In this document: in pieces, positions 17,041 through 24,298 of the stretch | How positions within the stretch are numbered: the first letter of the stretch is position 1 | How the letters are laid out: every line of letters starts with the position of its first letter | DNA from: Candidatus Hodarchaeaceae archaeon | Lineage (GTDB): Archaea > Hadarchaeota > Hadarchaeia > Hadarchaeales > Hadarchaeaceae | DNA length: 24,298 bases | Direction of reading: 5' to 3' | Assembly: GCA_030018135.1 (NCBI GenBank) | Contig: JASEGJ010000015.1 | Location: 1 to 24,298 of the forward strand | The notes under the pieces: generated by a model | Databases searched by the model: none | What the model was told of the DNA's origin: nothing | What the model saw: the letters and a program-made list of their open reading frames with translations, nothing else | Made by a program: the position numbers and the translations under genes

Positions 17041-17858
17041 AGGTTGCCATACTTGGTCCACGCGGCACATACGCGGAGATCGCTGCCCGCTTGAGGTTTG
17101 GTAGCAGCGCCGAAATCGCGCCGTATTCGATGATTACAGATGTGGCTGAGGCAGTGGCGCGCGGTGAGGTCGACGCCGGCATCATACCAGTCGAAAGCCT
17201 ACGCGAGGGCTCGGTGGGCGAGGCACTGGATGCGCTCGCTTGGACGGATATAAAGGTTCAGGCGGAGATTGTGGTGCCGATATCTCATTGCCTGATCGGC
17301 GTGCCGGGTGCAAAACTCGAAAATATCACGCAGGTGCTCTCCCACCCCCAGGCACTGGCGCAGTGTCGGGATTTCCTGCGCAAAAATCTACCAAAGGCTG
17401 AGCTGATCGAAATGACGAGCACGGCGAGGGCCGCTGAACAAGTGGGCAAACTTAAACAGCCATATATGGCGGCGATAGGACCTAGAGCGCTGGCGGACAC
17501 CTACGGGCTGGAGGTGTTGCGGGGAAACATACAAGCAAGCGAGATGAATATAACCCGGTTCCTGTGTCTGGCCAAAGAGGACAGCAGGCCAACTGGCCAC
17601 GACAAGACATCGATAGTCTTTTACACCGCGGAGGATAGGCCGGGCATATTGTATGAAATTCTGCGGGAGTTCGCGGTGCGGAACATCAACCTGACGAAGA
17701 TAGAGTCGCGCCCCTCCAAGAGGGTATTGGGCGATTATCTATTCTTCATAGATTTTGAGGGTCACCGTGAAGATGCTCGGGTGCGCGAGGCCCTAGAGGC
17801 CCTGCAGACCAAGGTAGCGATGCTCAAGGTCGTCGGATCGTATCCAAAACGCTTTTGA
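17037..17858 (+). CDS. pheA: Monofunctional prephenate dehydratase with C-terminal ACT domain
   Basis: LGPRGTY, SHPQALAQC, STA.AA, TRF, INLTKIESRP, FFIDFEGH, GSYP. No chorismate mutase domain. Confidence 0.94.
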   Translation: MKVAILGPRGTYAEIAARLRFGSSAEIAPYSMITDVAEAVARGEVDAGIIPVESLREGSVGEALDALAWTDIKVQAEIVVPISHCLIGVPGAKLENITQVLSHPQALAQCRDFLRKNLPKAELIEMTSTARAAEQVGKLKQPYMAAIGPRALADTYGLEVLRGNIQASEMNITRFLCLAKEDSRPTGHDKTSIVFYTAEDRPGILYEILREFAVRNINLTKIESRPSKRVLGDYLFFIDFEGHREDARVREALEALQTKVAMLKVVGSYPKRF

Positions 17859-17867
17859 GCGGGTAGA

Positions 17868-18671
17868 ATGGATGCTGCGGCAAGAATAAAACAGGCGTTG
17901 AAGATAAATCCTCCAGCTGTTAAGCGCAAGTTAACGACGTTTATCAAACAGAGGGTCGAGGAGGCGGGCGCTGAGGGCCTCGTATTGGGCCTGAGCGGTG
18001 GGATGGACTCCTCAACCATCGCATTCCTCTGTGTCGAAGCTCTAGATGCAGGTCGAGTGTTAGGGGTTTCGATGCCCGAGGCGGGGGTGACCGACCCGCG
18101 AGATGTGGCAGACGCTCGCGAGGTGGCCAACAAGCTCGGCATCCATTTTAGGGTCGTGGACATCACACCAGCCGTTGAGGGCGTGCGCAAAAATTTGACG
18201 GATTTTAAAATAGGTGCGTTTCTCCCGGCCGCCAACATAAAACCTAGGGTGAGGATGACGATCCTCTACTATTACGCGAACTTGCTCAACCGCCTAGTTG
18301 TTGGAAGCAGCAATCGGAGCGAGCTTCGGGCAGGTTACTTCACCAAATATGGCGACGGCGCAGCCGACATAGCGCCGCTCGGTTGCCTGTACAAAACACA
18401 GGTCAGGCAACTGGCAGAACACCTTGGAGTACCGGAACAGGTAATTCGGAAAGTGCCTTCGGCAGGCCTTTGGCGGGGTCAAACCGATGAAGCGGAGCTA
18501 GGCCTGCCGTATGAGAAGCTCGATATGGTTTACGTCGGCTTGGATCTGGGGCTCGAGCCAAACGTCATAGCTGAAGCCGCCAGTGTAAGGAGGGAGGACG
18601 TAAGCCGATTTACGGAGCGCGAGCGAAGGTCGGCCCATAAGCTTAGGGCTCCGGAGATTCCAGCTTTGTGA
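17868..18671 (+). CDS. nadE: NH3-dependent NAD+ synthetase
   Basis: GLSGGMDS, NIKPRVRM, GYFTKYGDG, LYKTQV, PSAGLW.GQTDE. No glutaminase domain. Confidence 0.95.
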   Translation: MDAAARIKQALKINPPAVKRKLTTFIKQRVEEAGAEGLVLGLSGGMDSSTIAFLCVEALDAGRVLGVSMPEAGVTDPRDVADAREVANKLGIHFRVVDITPAVEGVRKNLTDFKIGAFLPAANIKPRVRMTILYYYANLLNRLVVGSSNRSELRAGYFTKYGDGAADIAPLGCLYKTQVRQLAEHLGVPEQVIRKVPSAGLWRGQTDEAELGLPYEKLDMVYVGLDLGLEPNVIAEAASVRREDVSRFTERERRSAHKLRAPEIPAL

Positions 18672-19916
18672 CTATTTTGCCGGCACCAAATCGATGCACA
18701 TGCCAGCGGCCACGGTTTGTCCCCCGTGGCGCATCGCAAATCTGGCGAGCGATGGTATCTCACCAACACGTTCGATTACCATCGGCTTGCTTGGCACTAT
18801 TCTGATGACCCCCGCTTCGCCCCTGCGCAGGGAATCGGGCCTTTCTTCCACCACAGCCCCGGTGCGCGGGTCGATCTTTTGCAGGATCTCCTCGATTCTA
18901 CCGGGGATGTGTGCGGCATGACAGTGGAAAAGCGGTGCAAAACCAGGCGCAATGGCGGTAGGCACGGCGAGCGCGATGATCTTTGCCGTGAACTCCCGTG
19001 CAACAGTAGGCGGCGCTTCGGGGTGTCCAGCGACATCTCCCCGTTTCACGTCGCCCTTTGCGATGCCCCTGACGTTGAAGCCGATGTTATCACCTGGTTC
19101 GGCGCGCCAGAGGGGCTGGTGGTGCATCTCTATCGATCTAACCTCGCCCCTCACGCCGGATGGCTCAAAGACGACGACATCGCCGACCTTCAGCACGCCA
19201 GTTTCAACTCGACCGATCGGCACCGTACCCACGCCGGAAATGGAGAACACATCCTGCACGGGGATGCGCAGGGGCTTGTCGATCGGCTTTTCGGGCTCCT
19301 TTAAGACATCAAGCGCCTGTATGATTGTCGGCCCATCATACCATGGCATCCTCGAACTCGGCTTAGTGATGTTTTCGCCGTGAAATGCAGCAATTGGCAG
19401 GTAGAGGAAACCGCCCGCATCCCTGTAGCCGATGCCGCTGAGCAATGCAACGAGATCCTGCTTAATTTTTTCATAGGCGGCGCGCTCAAAATTCACCAAG
19501 TCCATCTTGTTGATCGCGATGATGAGCTGGTCGACGCCGAGCGTGAAGGCAAGCGCGGCGTGCTCTCGGGTTTGGGGCATTATTCCGTCGTCCGCCGCAA
19601 CGACGAGCACGGCGGCATCCGCCTGGCTGGCGCCCGTAATCATATTTTTGACGAAGTCCCTGTGGCCAGGAGCATCGATAATAGTTATCTCATTCTTCGA
19701 GGTTTCAAACTTTCCGTAGGAAAGATCTATTGTTAATCCGCGTTCCCGCTCCTCCCTAAGCCTGTCCATCACCCAGGCGAACTTAAACGATCCGGCTTCT
19801 TCACGCAACTCCTTTTCCGAGATCAAGCCAGTCTCGAATAATAGCCTGCCTATCAGTGTGGACTTGCCATGGTCGACATGGCCTATGAAAACTAGGTTAA
19901 TGTGTGGTTTTGCCAT
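18672..19916 (-). CDS. tuf: Translation elongation factor EF-1alpha homologue (divergent, probably a paralogue)
   Basis: GHVDHGKST, RERGLTI, DAPGHRDFVKNMITGASQAD, NKMD, GVGTVPIGRVETG, PGDNIGFNV. 414 aa, not in a ribosomal-protein operon. Confidence 0.88.
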   Translation of the reverse strand: MAKPHINLVFIGHVDHGKSTLIGRLLFETGLISEKELREEAGSFKFAWVMDRLREERERGLTIDLSYGKFETSKNEITIIDAPGHRDFVKNMITGASQADAAVLVVAADDGIMPQTREHAALAFTLGVDQLIIAINKMDLVNFERAAYEKIKQDLVALLSGIGYRDAGGFLYLPIAAFHGENITKPSSRMPWYDGPTIIQALDVLKEPEKPIDKPLRIPVQDVFSISGVGTVPIGRVETGVLKVGDVVVFEPSGVRGEVRSIEMHHQPLWRAEPGDNIGFNVRGIAKGDVKRGDVAGHPEAPPTVAREFTAKIIALAVPTAIAPGFAPLFHCHAAHIPGRIEEILQKIDPRTGAVVEERPDSLRRGEAGVIRIVPSKPMVIERVGEIPSLARFAMRHGGQTVAAGMCIDLVPAK

Positions 19917-19930
19917 CCTGCCACCGAGCG

Positions 19931-20623
19931 TCAGGAACCAGCCTGCGGCGCTGCAGCGCCCCTCGTGTAGTTACCCAAGTTGGTCGCCACTAGCCTAAGG
20001 TCACGAGATAGTTTTTCTGCGGCCCTGCGCAGGGGCTCGGTATACGCTCGCACGATTTCCGGTTTTTCTCGCTGAAAGTCGTAAAGTTTATTGGCGATCC
20101 GATCAGCTTGAGCTGCACACCCCTCAAGCCCCTCCAGCACCCGCTGTATACCTTCGCCAGACCAGTTCTCGCGCAACCCAAGCTTCTTGACCATGGCGCG
20201 AAGGTCGGCCGCGAGATTGTATGCATGCCTATGCGATTTCTCCCTCGTCAGCTCGTCAAAGCCATGCTTGCCGACGAGCACGGATAAACGCTCGCTTAGC
20301 AACTCAGCGTTTGAAGCGAGCGAGCCCATATCCGCGCTGGCTATCTGGATAGCTGAATCTATCTCTTGTGGACCAAGGCGTCGTAGCTCAGCGGCTGGTT
20401 CTCCGACATCCATCCACAAACTGAAGTCCTCGATGGGCATGCGTGCAACATCAGCTGAAGGTTTCGTATATTGAAAGAGTGTGGCGATGGCGACCAAAGC
20501 CGCTGCCGCCGCGAGCATGATCATAAAGGGCAATATCTCCTCTTCGGCACCGATGGCGACAATCAACGCGACAAAAGCTAGGACAAGTGCTACGATGGCT
20601 ATGGGGGATATGCGCATGTTCAT
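19931..20623 (-). CDS. Hypothetical membrane protein: two N-terminal transmembrane helices plus a soluble alpha-helical domain
   Basis: Hydrophobic runs IAIVALVLAFVALIVAIG and ILPFMIMLAAAAALVAIATLF, then amphipathic charged helices. Fills the gap and ends 14 nt before the EF-1alpha ATG. Confidence 0.75.
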   Translation of the reverse strand: MNMRISPIAIVALVLAFVALIVAIGAEEEILPFMIMLAAAAALVAIATLFQYTKPSADVARMPIEDFSLWMDVGEPAAELRRLGPQEIDSAIQIASADMGSLASNAELLSERLSVLVGKHGFDELTREKSHRHAYNLAADLRAMVKKLGLRENWSGEGIQRVLEGLEGCAAQADRIANKLYDFQREKPEIVRAYTEPLRRAAEKLSRDLRLVATNLGNYTRGAAAPQAGS

Positions 20624-20640
20624 CGTTTTTCAGGTAGTTT

Positions 20641-20692
20641 TGTTGTTCAAAAAGCTTTCCGTAGTTAAGGTTTAATTCCTGTTGGTCAAAAA
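20641..20692. repeat. 13-bp direct repeat TGTTG(T/G)TCAAAAA in a divergent promoter region
   Basis: TGTTGTTCAAAAA 20641-20653 and TGTTGGTCAAAAA 20680-20692. Confidence 0.6.
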
Positions 20693-20718
20693 CAATTGGT
20701 ATCCCCTTAGGTGGTAAA

Positions 20719-21480
20719 TTGAGCGACATTTTGCCGACCCACCCCAGAGCTGAGTCGTTGCGCATCCGAGAACGCCTCGCGGATGGTTTTAGGGCAGGTC
20801 TGGTGGCCCCGGAGGGGCTGGCTGCGCACGGGCGAGGCGAGGCGTTCGATTACATCTTAGGTGAGCAAACCACGGTTCAAGCCCGCCGAGCGGTGGAGGC
20901 GGCGGTTGCGATGTTGTTATCCGCTAGGCGGCCGGTAATTTCCGTGAACGGCAACGTCGCAGCGCTCGTGCCTTCAGAGGTGGTCAGGCTAGCTAGAGCT
21001 GTCGATGCGGCCCTCGAGGTTAACCTTTTTCACAGCTCTGCTGAGAGGGAGGAGGCGATAGCTGGACACCTGCGCGAGCACGGTGCCGAAAGGGTACTTG
21101 GCGTAGAGCCAAAATTCTCGATCCAAATATCCGAGGTGCATAGCAATAGGCGCAAGGTCGACAGGAGGGGCATCGCGGCGGCCGATGTCGTGCTCGTCCC
21201 GCTTGAGGACGGGGACCGCACGGAGGCCCTTAAAAAGCTAGGTAAGGGGCTCATAGCGATCGACTTAAATCCGATGTCGAGGACCGCTCAAGCGGCGGAC
21301 ATCACCATCGTGGACAATATCGTCAGGGCTCTCCCACTCATGGTTAAAACCGCCGAGCGCCTGTCGCGAAAATCGCGCGTCGAGCTTAGAAAAATCCTTA
21401 AAAGTTTCGACAATTCCGCCAACCTAAGGGCGACGCTTGGATTTATGTTTGAGAGGCTGGAAAGGTTATCTCGTGGGTGA
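20719..21480 (+). CDS. pps: Phosphopantothenate synthetase (4-phosphopantoate--beta-alanine ligase, archaeal CoA pathway)
   Basis: HPRAESL..RE, AHGRGEAFDY.LGE, ISVNGN, EVNLF, VPLEDGDR, IDLNPMSRT, DNIVRA. Confidence 0.93.
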   Translation: MSDILPTHPRAESLRIRERLADGFRAGLVAPEGLAAHGRGEAFDYILGEQTTVQARRAVEAAVAMLLSARRPVISVNGNVAALVPSEVVRLARAVDAALEVNLFHSSAEREEAIAGHLREHGAERVLGVEPKFSIQISEVHSNRRKVDRRGIAAADVVLVPLEDGDRTEALKKLGKGLIAIDLNPMSRTAQAADITIVDNIVRALPLMVKTAERLSRKSRVELRKILKSFDNSANLRATLGFMFERLERLSRG

Positions 21481-21484
21481 TGGC

Positions 21485-22132
21485 TTGAAGCCGGTTGTCC
21501 AAGTTGCACTCGATGTGGTCGAGCTCAAACAGGCGATTGAAATAGGTAAGCAAGCCGTGAGCGGAGGGGTCGAGTGGGTGGAGGCAGGGACACCGCTGAT
21601 AAAGTCGGCTGGGCTTGAGGCGATTAAACAGCTCAGGCGTGCATTTCCAGCCAAAACAATAGTTGCGGATATGAAGACGATGGATGCGGGTGCGCTTGAG
21701 GTTGGGCTCGCCGCAAAGGCCGGCGCCGATGTGGTTTGCGTGTTAGGAGTGGCGGCCGACCCCACGATATCCGAGGCTGTCAGGGCCGCGGGGGAGCACG
21801 GGGTTAAGGTGCTCGTTGACCTACTTGCAACAGCCGATCCCCGTACGAGGGCAAAACAAGTCGAGCAACTGGGCGCCAGCTACGTCGGCGTGCATGTTGG
21901 CATAGATCAACAAAAGTTGGGCATCAGCCCACTTGAACAATTGCGCGCAGTCGTGCGGGCAGTTAAGATACCGGTGGCGGTTGCGGGCGGCATAACGGCC
22001 GAGACCGCACCTGAGCTGGTTAGGTGCGGCGCATCGATCATCGTGGTCGGAGGCGCGATCACCAAGGCGAAGGATGTGATGCGCGCGGCTAGCGATGTCG
22101 TGGATGCGGTCAAAGCAGTTAAACGATGTTAA
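21485..22132 (+). CDS. hxlA: 3-hexulose-6-phosphate synthase (HPS/KGPDC, OMP-decarboxylase superfamily)
   Basis: QVALD, EAGTPLIK, ADMKTMDAG, HVGIDQQ, VAVAGGI, VGGAITKA. TTG 21485 follows GGTGA; GTG 21473 is an alternative start. Confidence 0.85.
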   Translation: MKPVVQVALDVVELKQAIEIGKQAVSGGVEWVEAGTPLIKSAGLEAIKQLRRAFPAKTIVADMKTMDAGALEVGLAAKAGADVVCVLGVAADPTISEAVRAAGEHGVKVLVDLLATADPRTRAKQVEQLGASYVGVHVGIDQQKLGISPLEQLRAVVRAVKIPVAVAGGITAETAPELVRCGASIIVVGGAITKAKDVMRAASDVVDAVKAVKRC

Positions 22133-22175
22133 ATAATCCGCGCGAAAAACTGTATCACGTTTGTGGGGAACGCAT

Positions 22176-23042
22176 ATGGAGAGGAAAAAGGTCACGACCA
22201 CCGTGCTAAAAGAGATGAAGGGTAAGAAGGAGAAAATAACCATGCTTGCCGCCTACGATTACCCGACGGCGAGGATGATAGATGAGGCGGCAATTGAGGC
22301 AATATTAGTAGGCGATTCCCTAGGCAATGTCGTTCTGGGCCATCGGGACACCCTGTCGGTGACCATGGACGAAATGATTCACCATACTAAGGCAGTTGCG
22401 AGGGGGACGAAATATGCCCTATTGGTCGGCGATATGCCATTCCTCTCGTATCAAGCCAGCATTGAGGACGCGATCAGAAACGCTGGTCGCCTCGTTAAGG
22501 AGGGACAGGCAGAAGCGGTGAAAGTGGAGGGGGGCCGCAATGTGGTCGACAAGGTGGAGGCGATCATACGGGCGGGGATTCCCGTCATGGGCCATCTGGG
22601 CCTGACCCCCCAGTGGGTCCATCAATTCGGCGGTTTTAAGGTTCGGGGAAAGACCGAGACGACCGCTCGTTCGATAATCGAGGATGCCAAGGTGCTTGAG
22701 GAAGCTGGCGTTTTTAGCATTGTTTTGGAGTGCGTGCCATGGCAGTTGGCCAAGATGATTACCGAAAGCGTTAGCGTTCCGACAATAGGTATCGGGGCTG
22801 GCCCCTATTGCGATGGACAAGTGTTGGTCCTGCACGACCTGCTTGGGCTCTCGGGGCAGCATATCCCAAAGTTCGTCAAGCGCTACACTGATATGGAGGG
22901 CATCGTAGCGAAAGCGTTGGCCAATTTCAGGGAAGAAGTAAAATCATGTAAATTCCCATCCATCGAACACAGCTACGCGATGGAGGACGAAGAGCTGAAG
23001 AAGTTATTAAGGCATCCCTTCAGAGCCAGAAAATCTGCATGA
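22176..23042 (+). CDS. panB: Ketopantoate hydroxymethyltransferase
   Basis: AYDY, LVGDSLG, DMPFLSY, VKVEGG, GHLGLTPQ, LECVP, IGIGAG, DGQVLV.HD.LG. Confidence 0.96.
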   Translation: MERKKVTTTVLKEMKGKKEKITMLAAYDYPTARMIDEAAIEAILVGDSLGNVVLGHRDTLSVTMDEMIHHTKAVARGTKYALLVGDMPFLSYQASIEDAIRNAGRLVKEGQAEAVKVEGGRNVVDKVEAIIRAGIPVMGHLGLTPQWVHQFGGFKVRGKTETTARSIIEDAKVLEEAGVFSIVLECVPWQLAKMITESVSVPTIGIGAGPYCDGQVLVLHDLLGLSGQHIPKFVKRYTDMEGIVAKALANFREEVKSCKFPSIEHSYAMEDEELKKLLRHPFRARKSA

Positions 23043-23078
23043 ATTTTTGCTCACAAATCTGCAGCACGGGTGGCATGA

Positions 23079-23771
23079 ATGAGGCGAAAGGTCGTCCTCG
23101 AGCTTATCGATAGGTTGGGACAGCCCTATCACCGAGCCCTGGGCATCGACCTGAGTAAACGCGATGGCGGCGAGATGTTCAAATGGTTTATCGCATCGGT
23201 GCTCTTTGGCGCGCGGATATCCGAACGCATCGCGATGAACACCTACGAGCAATTTGAGCGCGATGGTCTGCTCACCCCTCACCGGATGATTGCGCGTGGT
23301 TGGTCCCGCCTCGTGGAGAGTTTGGACCGCGGAGGGTATGTCCGTTATGACTTCAGCACCGCGGATGAGCTTCTGGCACTCGCTGACTCCCTCTTGCGCA
23401 GTTATGGCGGCGACCTCAACCGCCTGCACGACAGCGCTAGGGATGCGGCTGACCTCGAGGCTCGCCTAAAAGAATTCAAGGGCGTAGGTGATGTTACAGT
23501 AAACATATTTCTCCGCGAACTCCGCGAAATTTGGCCCAAAGCCAAGCCATTGCCACAGGAACATGTTTTTGTCGCCGCGCGAAACCTCGGCCTAATTAAG
23601 TTGGGAGGGGGGGCTCCGGAGTTCGATGAACTCCAGCGGGTTTGGCGAGCAAACGCTCCGCCACATAGAAGCTTTGTGGAATTTGAAGTTGCCCTTTCTC
23701 GCTTGGGGAGGCTTTACTGCAGGAAGTCAAATTGTCGAGCTTGCCCGGTCAGCAAGTGGTGCAAACGCTGA
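23079..23771 (+). CDS. HhH-GPD / endonuclease III-like protein with a C-terminal four-Cys (Fe-S) motif
   Basis: Helix-hairpin-helix LKEFKGVGDVTVNIFL and C-terminal CRKSNCRACPVSKWC. Confidence 0.7.
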   Translation: MRRKVVLELIDRLGQPYHRALGIDLSKRDGGEMFKWFIASVLFGARISERIAMNTYEQFERDGLLTPHRMIARGWSRLVESLDRGGYVRYDFSTADELLALADSLLRSYGGDLNRLHDSARDAADLEARLKEFKGVGDVTVNIFLRELREIWPKAKPLPQEHVFVAARNLGLIKLGGGAPEFDELQRVWRANAPPHRSFVEFEVALSRLGRLYCRKSNCRACPVSKWCKR

Positions 23772-23793
23772 GCTTTTAAGGCGGGCGGAATCC

Positions 23794-23831
23794 TTTTATT
23801 TGTCATCTAACCGCTAAAATCTGGGAGGTGA
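23794..23831 (+). promoter_or_regulatory. Histone gene TATA-like element and strong ribosome-binding site
   Basis: TTTTATTT 23794-23801 and GGAGGTGA 23824-23831 before ATG 23836. Confidence 0.5.
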
Positions 23832-23835
23832 GGGA

Positions 23836-24030
23836 ATGGTAACCGAACTACCGAAGGCGACCGTCCTCAGGATATTCAAAGAAGCTGGCGCTGTACGCGT
23901 CTCCGGCGATGTCGCCGATGCGGTTAATAAGGTTGTGGTCGCGCTAGCGAAGGAGGCAGTTAGATCCTGTAAGGCTGCCGGCCGAAAGACGGTAACTGCG
24001 GATGATGTCAGGTGCGTGGCGGTTAAGTAA
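23836..24030 (+). CDS. Archaeal histone (atypical, shortened alpha-2 helix)
   Basis: ELPKA...RI.KEAGA.RVS and AGRKTV...D histone-fold motifs. 64 aa with a perfect ribosome-binding site. Confidence 0.9.
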   Translation: MVTELPKATVLRIFKEAGAVRVSGDVADAVNKVVVALAKEAVRSCKAAGRKTVTADDVRCVAVK

Positions 24031-24039
24031 ACCGCCCGC

Positions 24040-24056
24040 CCTTTCCGCTTTTTTCT
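24040..24056 (+). terminator. Pyrimidine/oligo-T archaeal terminator after the histone gene
   Basis: CCTTTCCGCTTTTTTCT 10-26 nt after the stop codon. Confidence 0.5.
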
Positions 24057-24298
24057 ACAAACAAAGTGTGCCACTAAATAGCGTGGTAAGTCCACTTTTC
24101 CGGAATTGACCAGTTAGCTGGCCCGTTTGGTTCGGACCGCTGAGAGGAGAGGGGGCAGCAAAAGCTGAGGTCTTGATCGCTGATGGGCCCGTGAACGGAT
24201 CCTTGGTGCCTTCAAAAGGGAACACATGGCCTGCATGCAGCTTATTTAAGTCATTTCCCACAAGTCACGCCGTAGTTTAAAAACATCGGAGTCCCAGA

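Noticed and set aside
18672-19916. EF-1alpha homologue as SelB or CysN
   Set aside because: No SelB C-terminal domain, no cysD neighbour, and the motifs are EF-1alpha-like.
24055-24298. 68-aa minus-strand ORF or RNA gene in the terminal intergenic region
   Set aside because: No recognisable motifs, cloverleaf or stable structure. The AT-rich elements near the end may be promoters for a gene beyond the window.

Overview
Archaeal chromosomal segment, judged from the archaeal histone, aEF-1alpha homologue, phosphopantothenate synthetase, GHMP-type shikimate kinase, TATA/BRE-like promoters and GGTGA/GGAGG ribosome-binding sites. The lineage cannot be fixed from sequence alone. About 16 kb (1542-17858) is an aromatic amino acid supercluster arranged as a divergon. 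Leftward: aroA, aroC-aroK-[chorismate mutase::TrpY fusion], trpEGDCFBA. Rightward: ADH synthase (aroA'), DHQ synthase II (aroB'), aroD, aroE, tyrA, pheA, then nadE. Flanks: vapBC and a DUF1805/YunC gene on the left; a membrane protein plus a divergent EF-1alpha copy, pps-hps-panB, an HhH/Fe-S protein and an atypical histone on the right. Best candidate for a new system: an AroQ chorismate mutase fused in frame to the Trp-sensing repressor TrpY, whose only Trp codon sits at the domain junction, with TRP boxes in 10-bp phase around the trpE TATA box and a similarly placed box at the aroA' promoter. Also notable: an in-frame TGA in trpG upstream of the catalytic His/Glu, a perfect 20-bp tandem duplication frameshifting trpD, and a probable CTG start for trpC. 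All family calls are by motif recognition from memory; no database searches were run.
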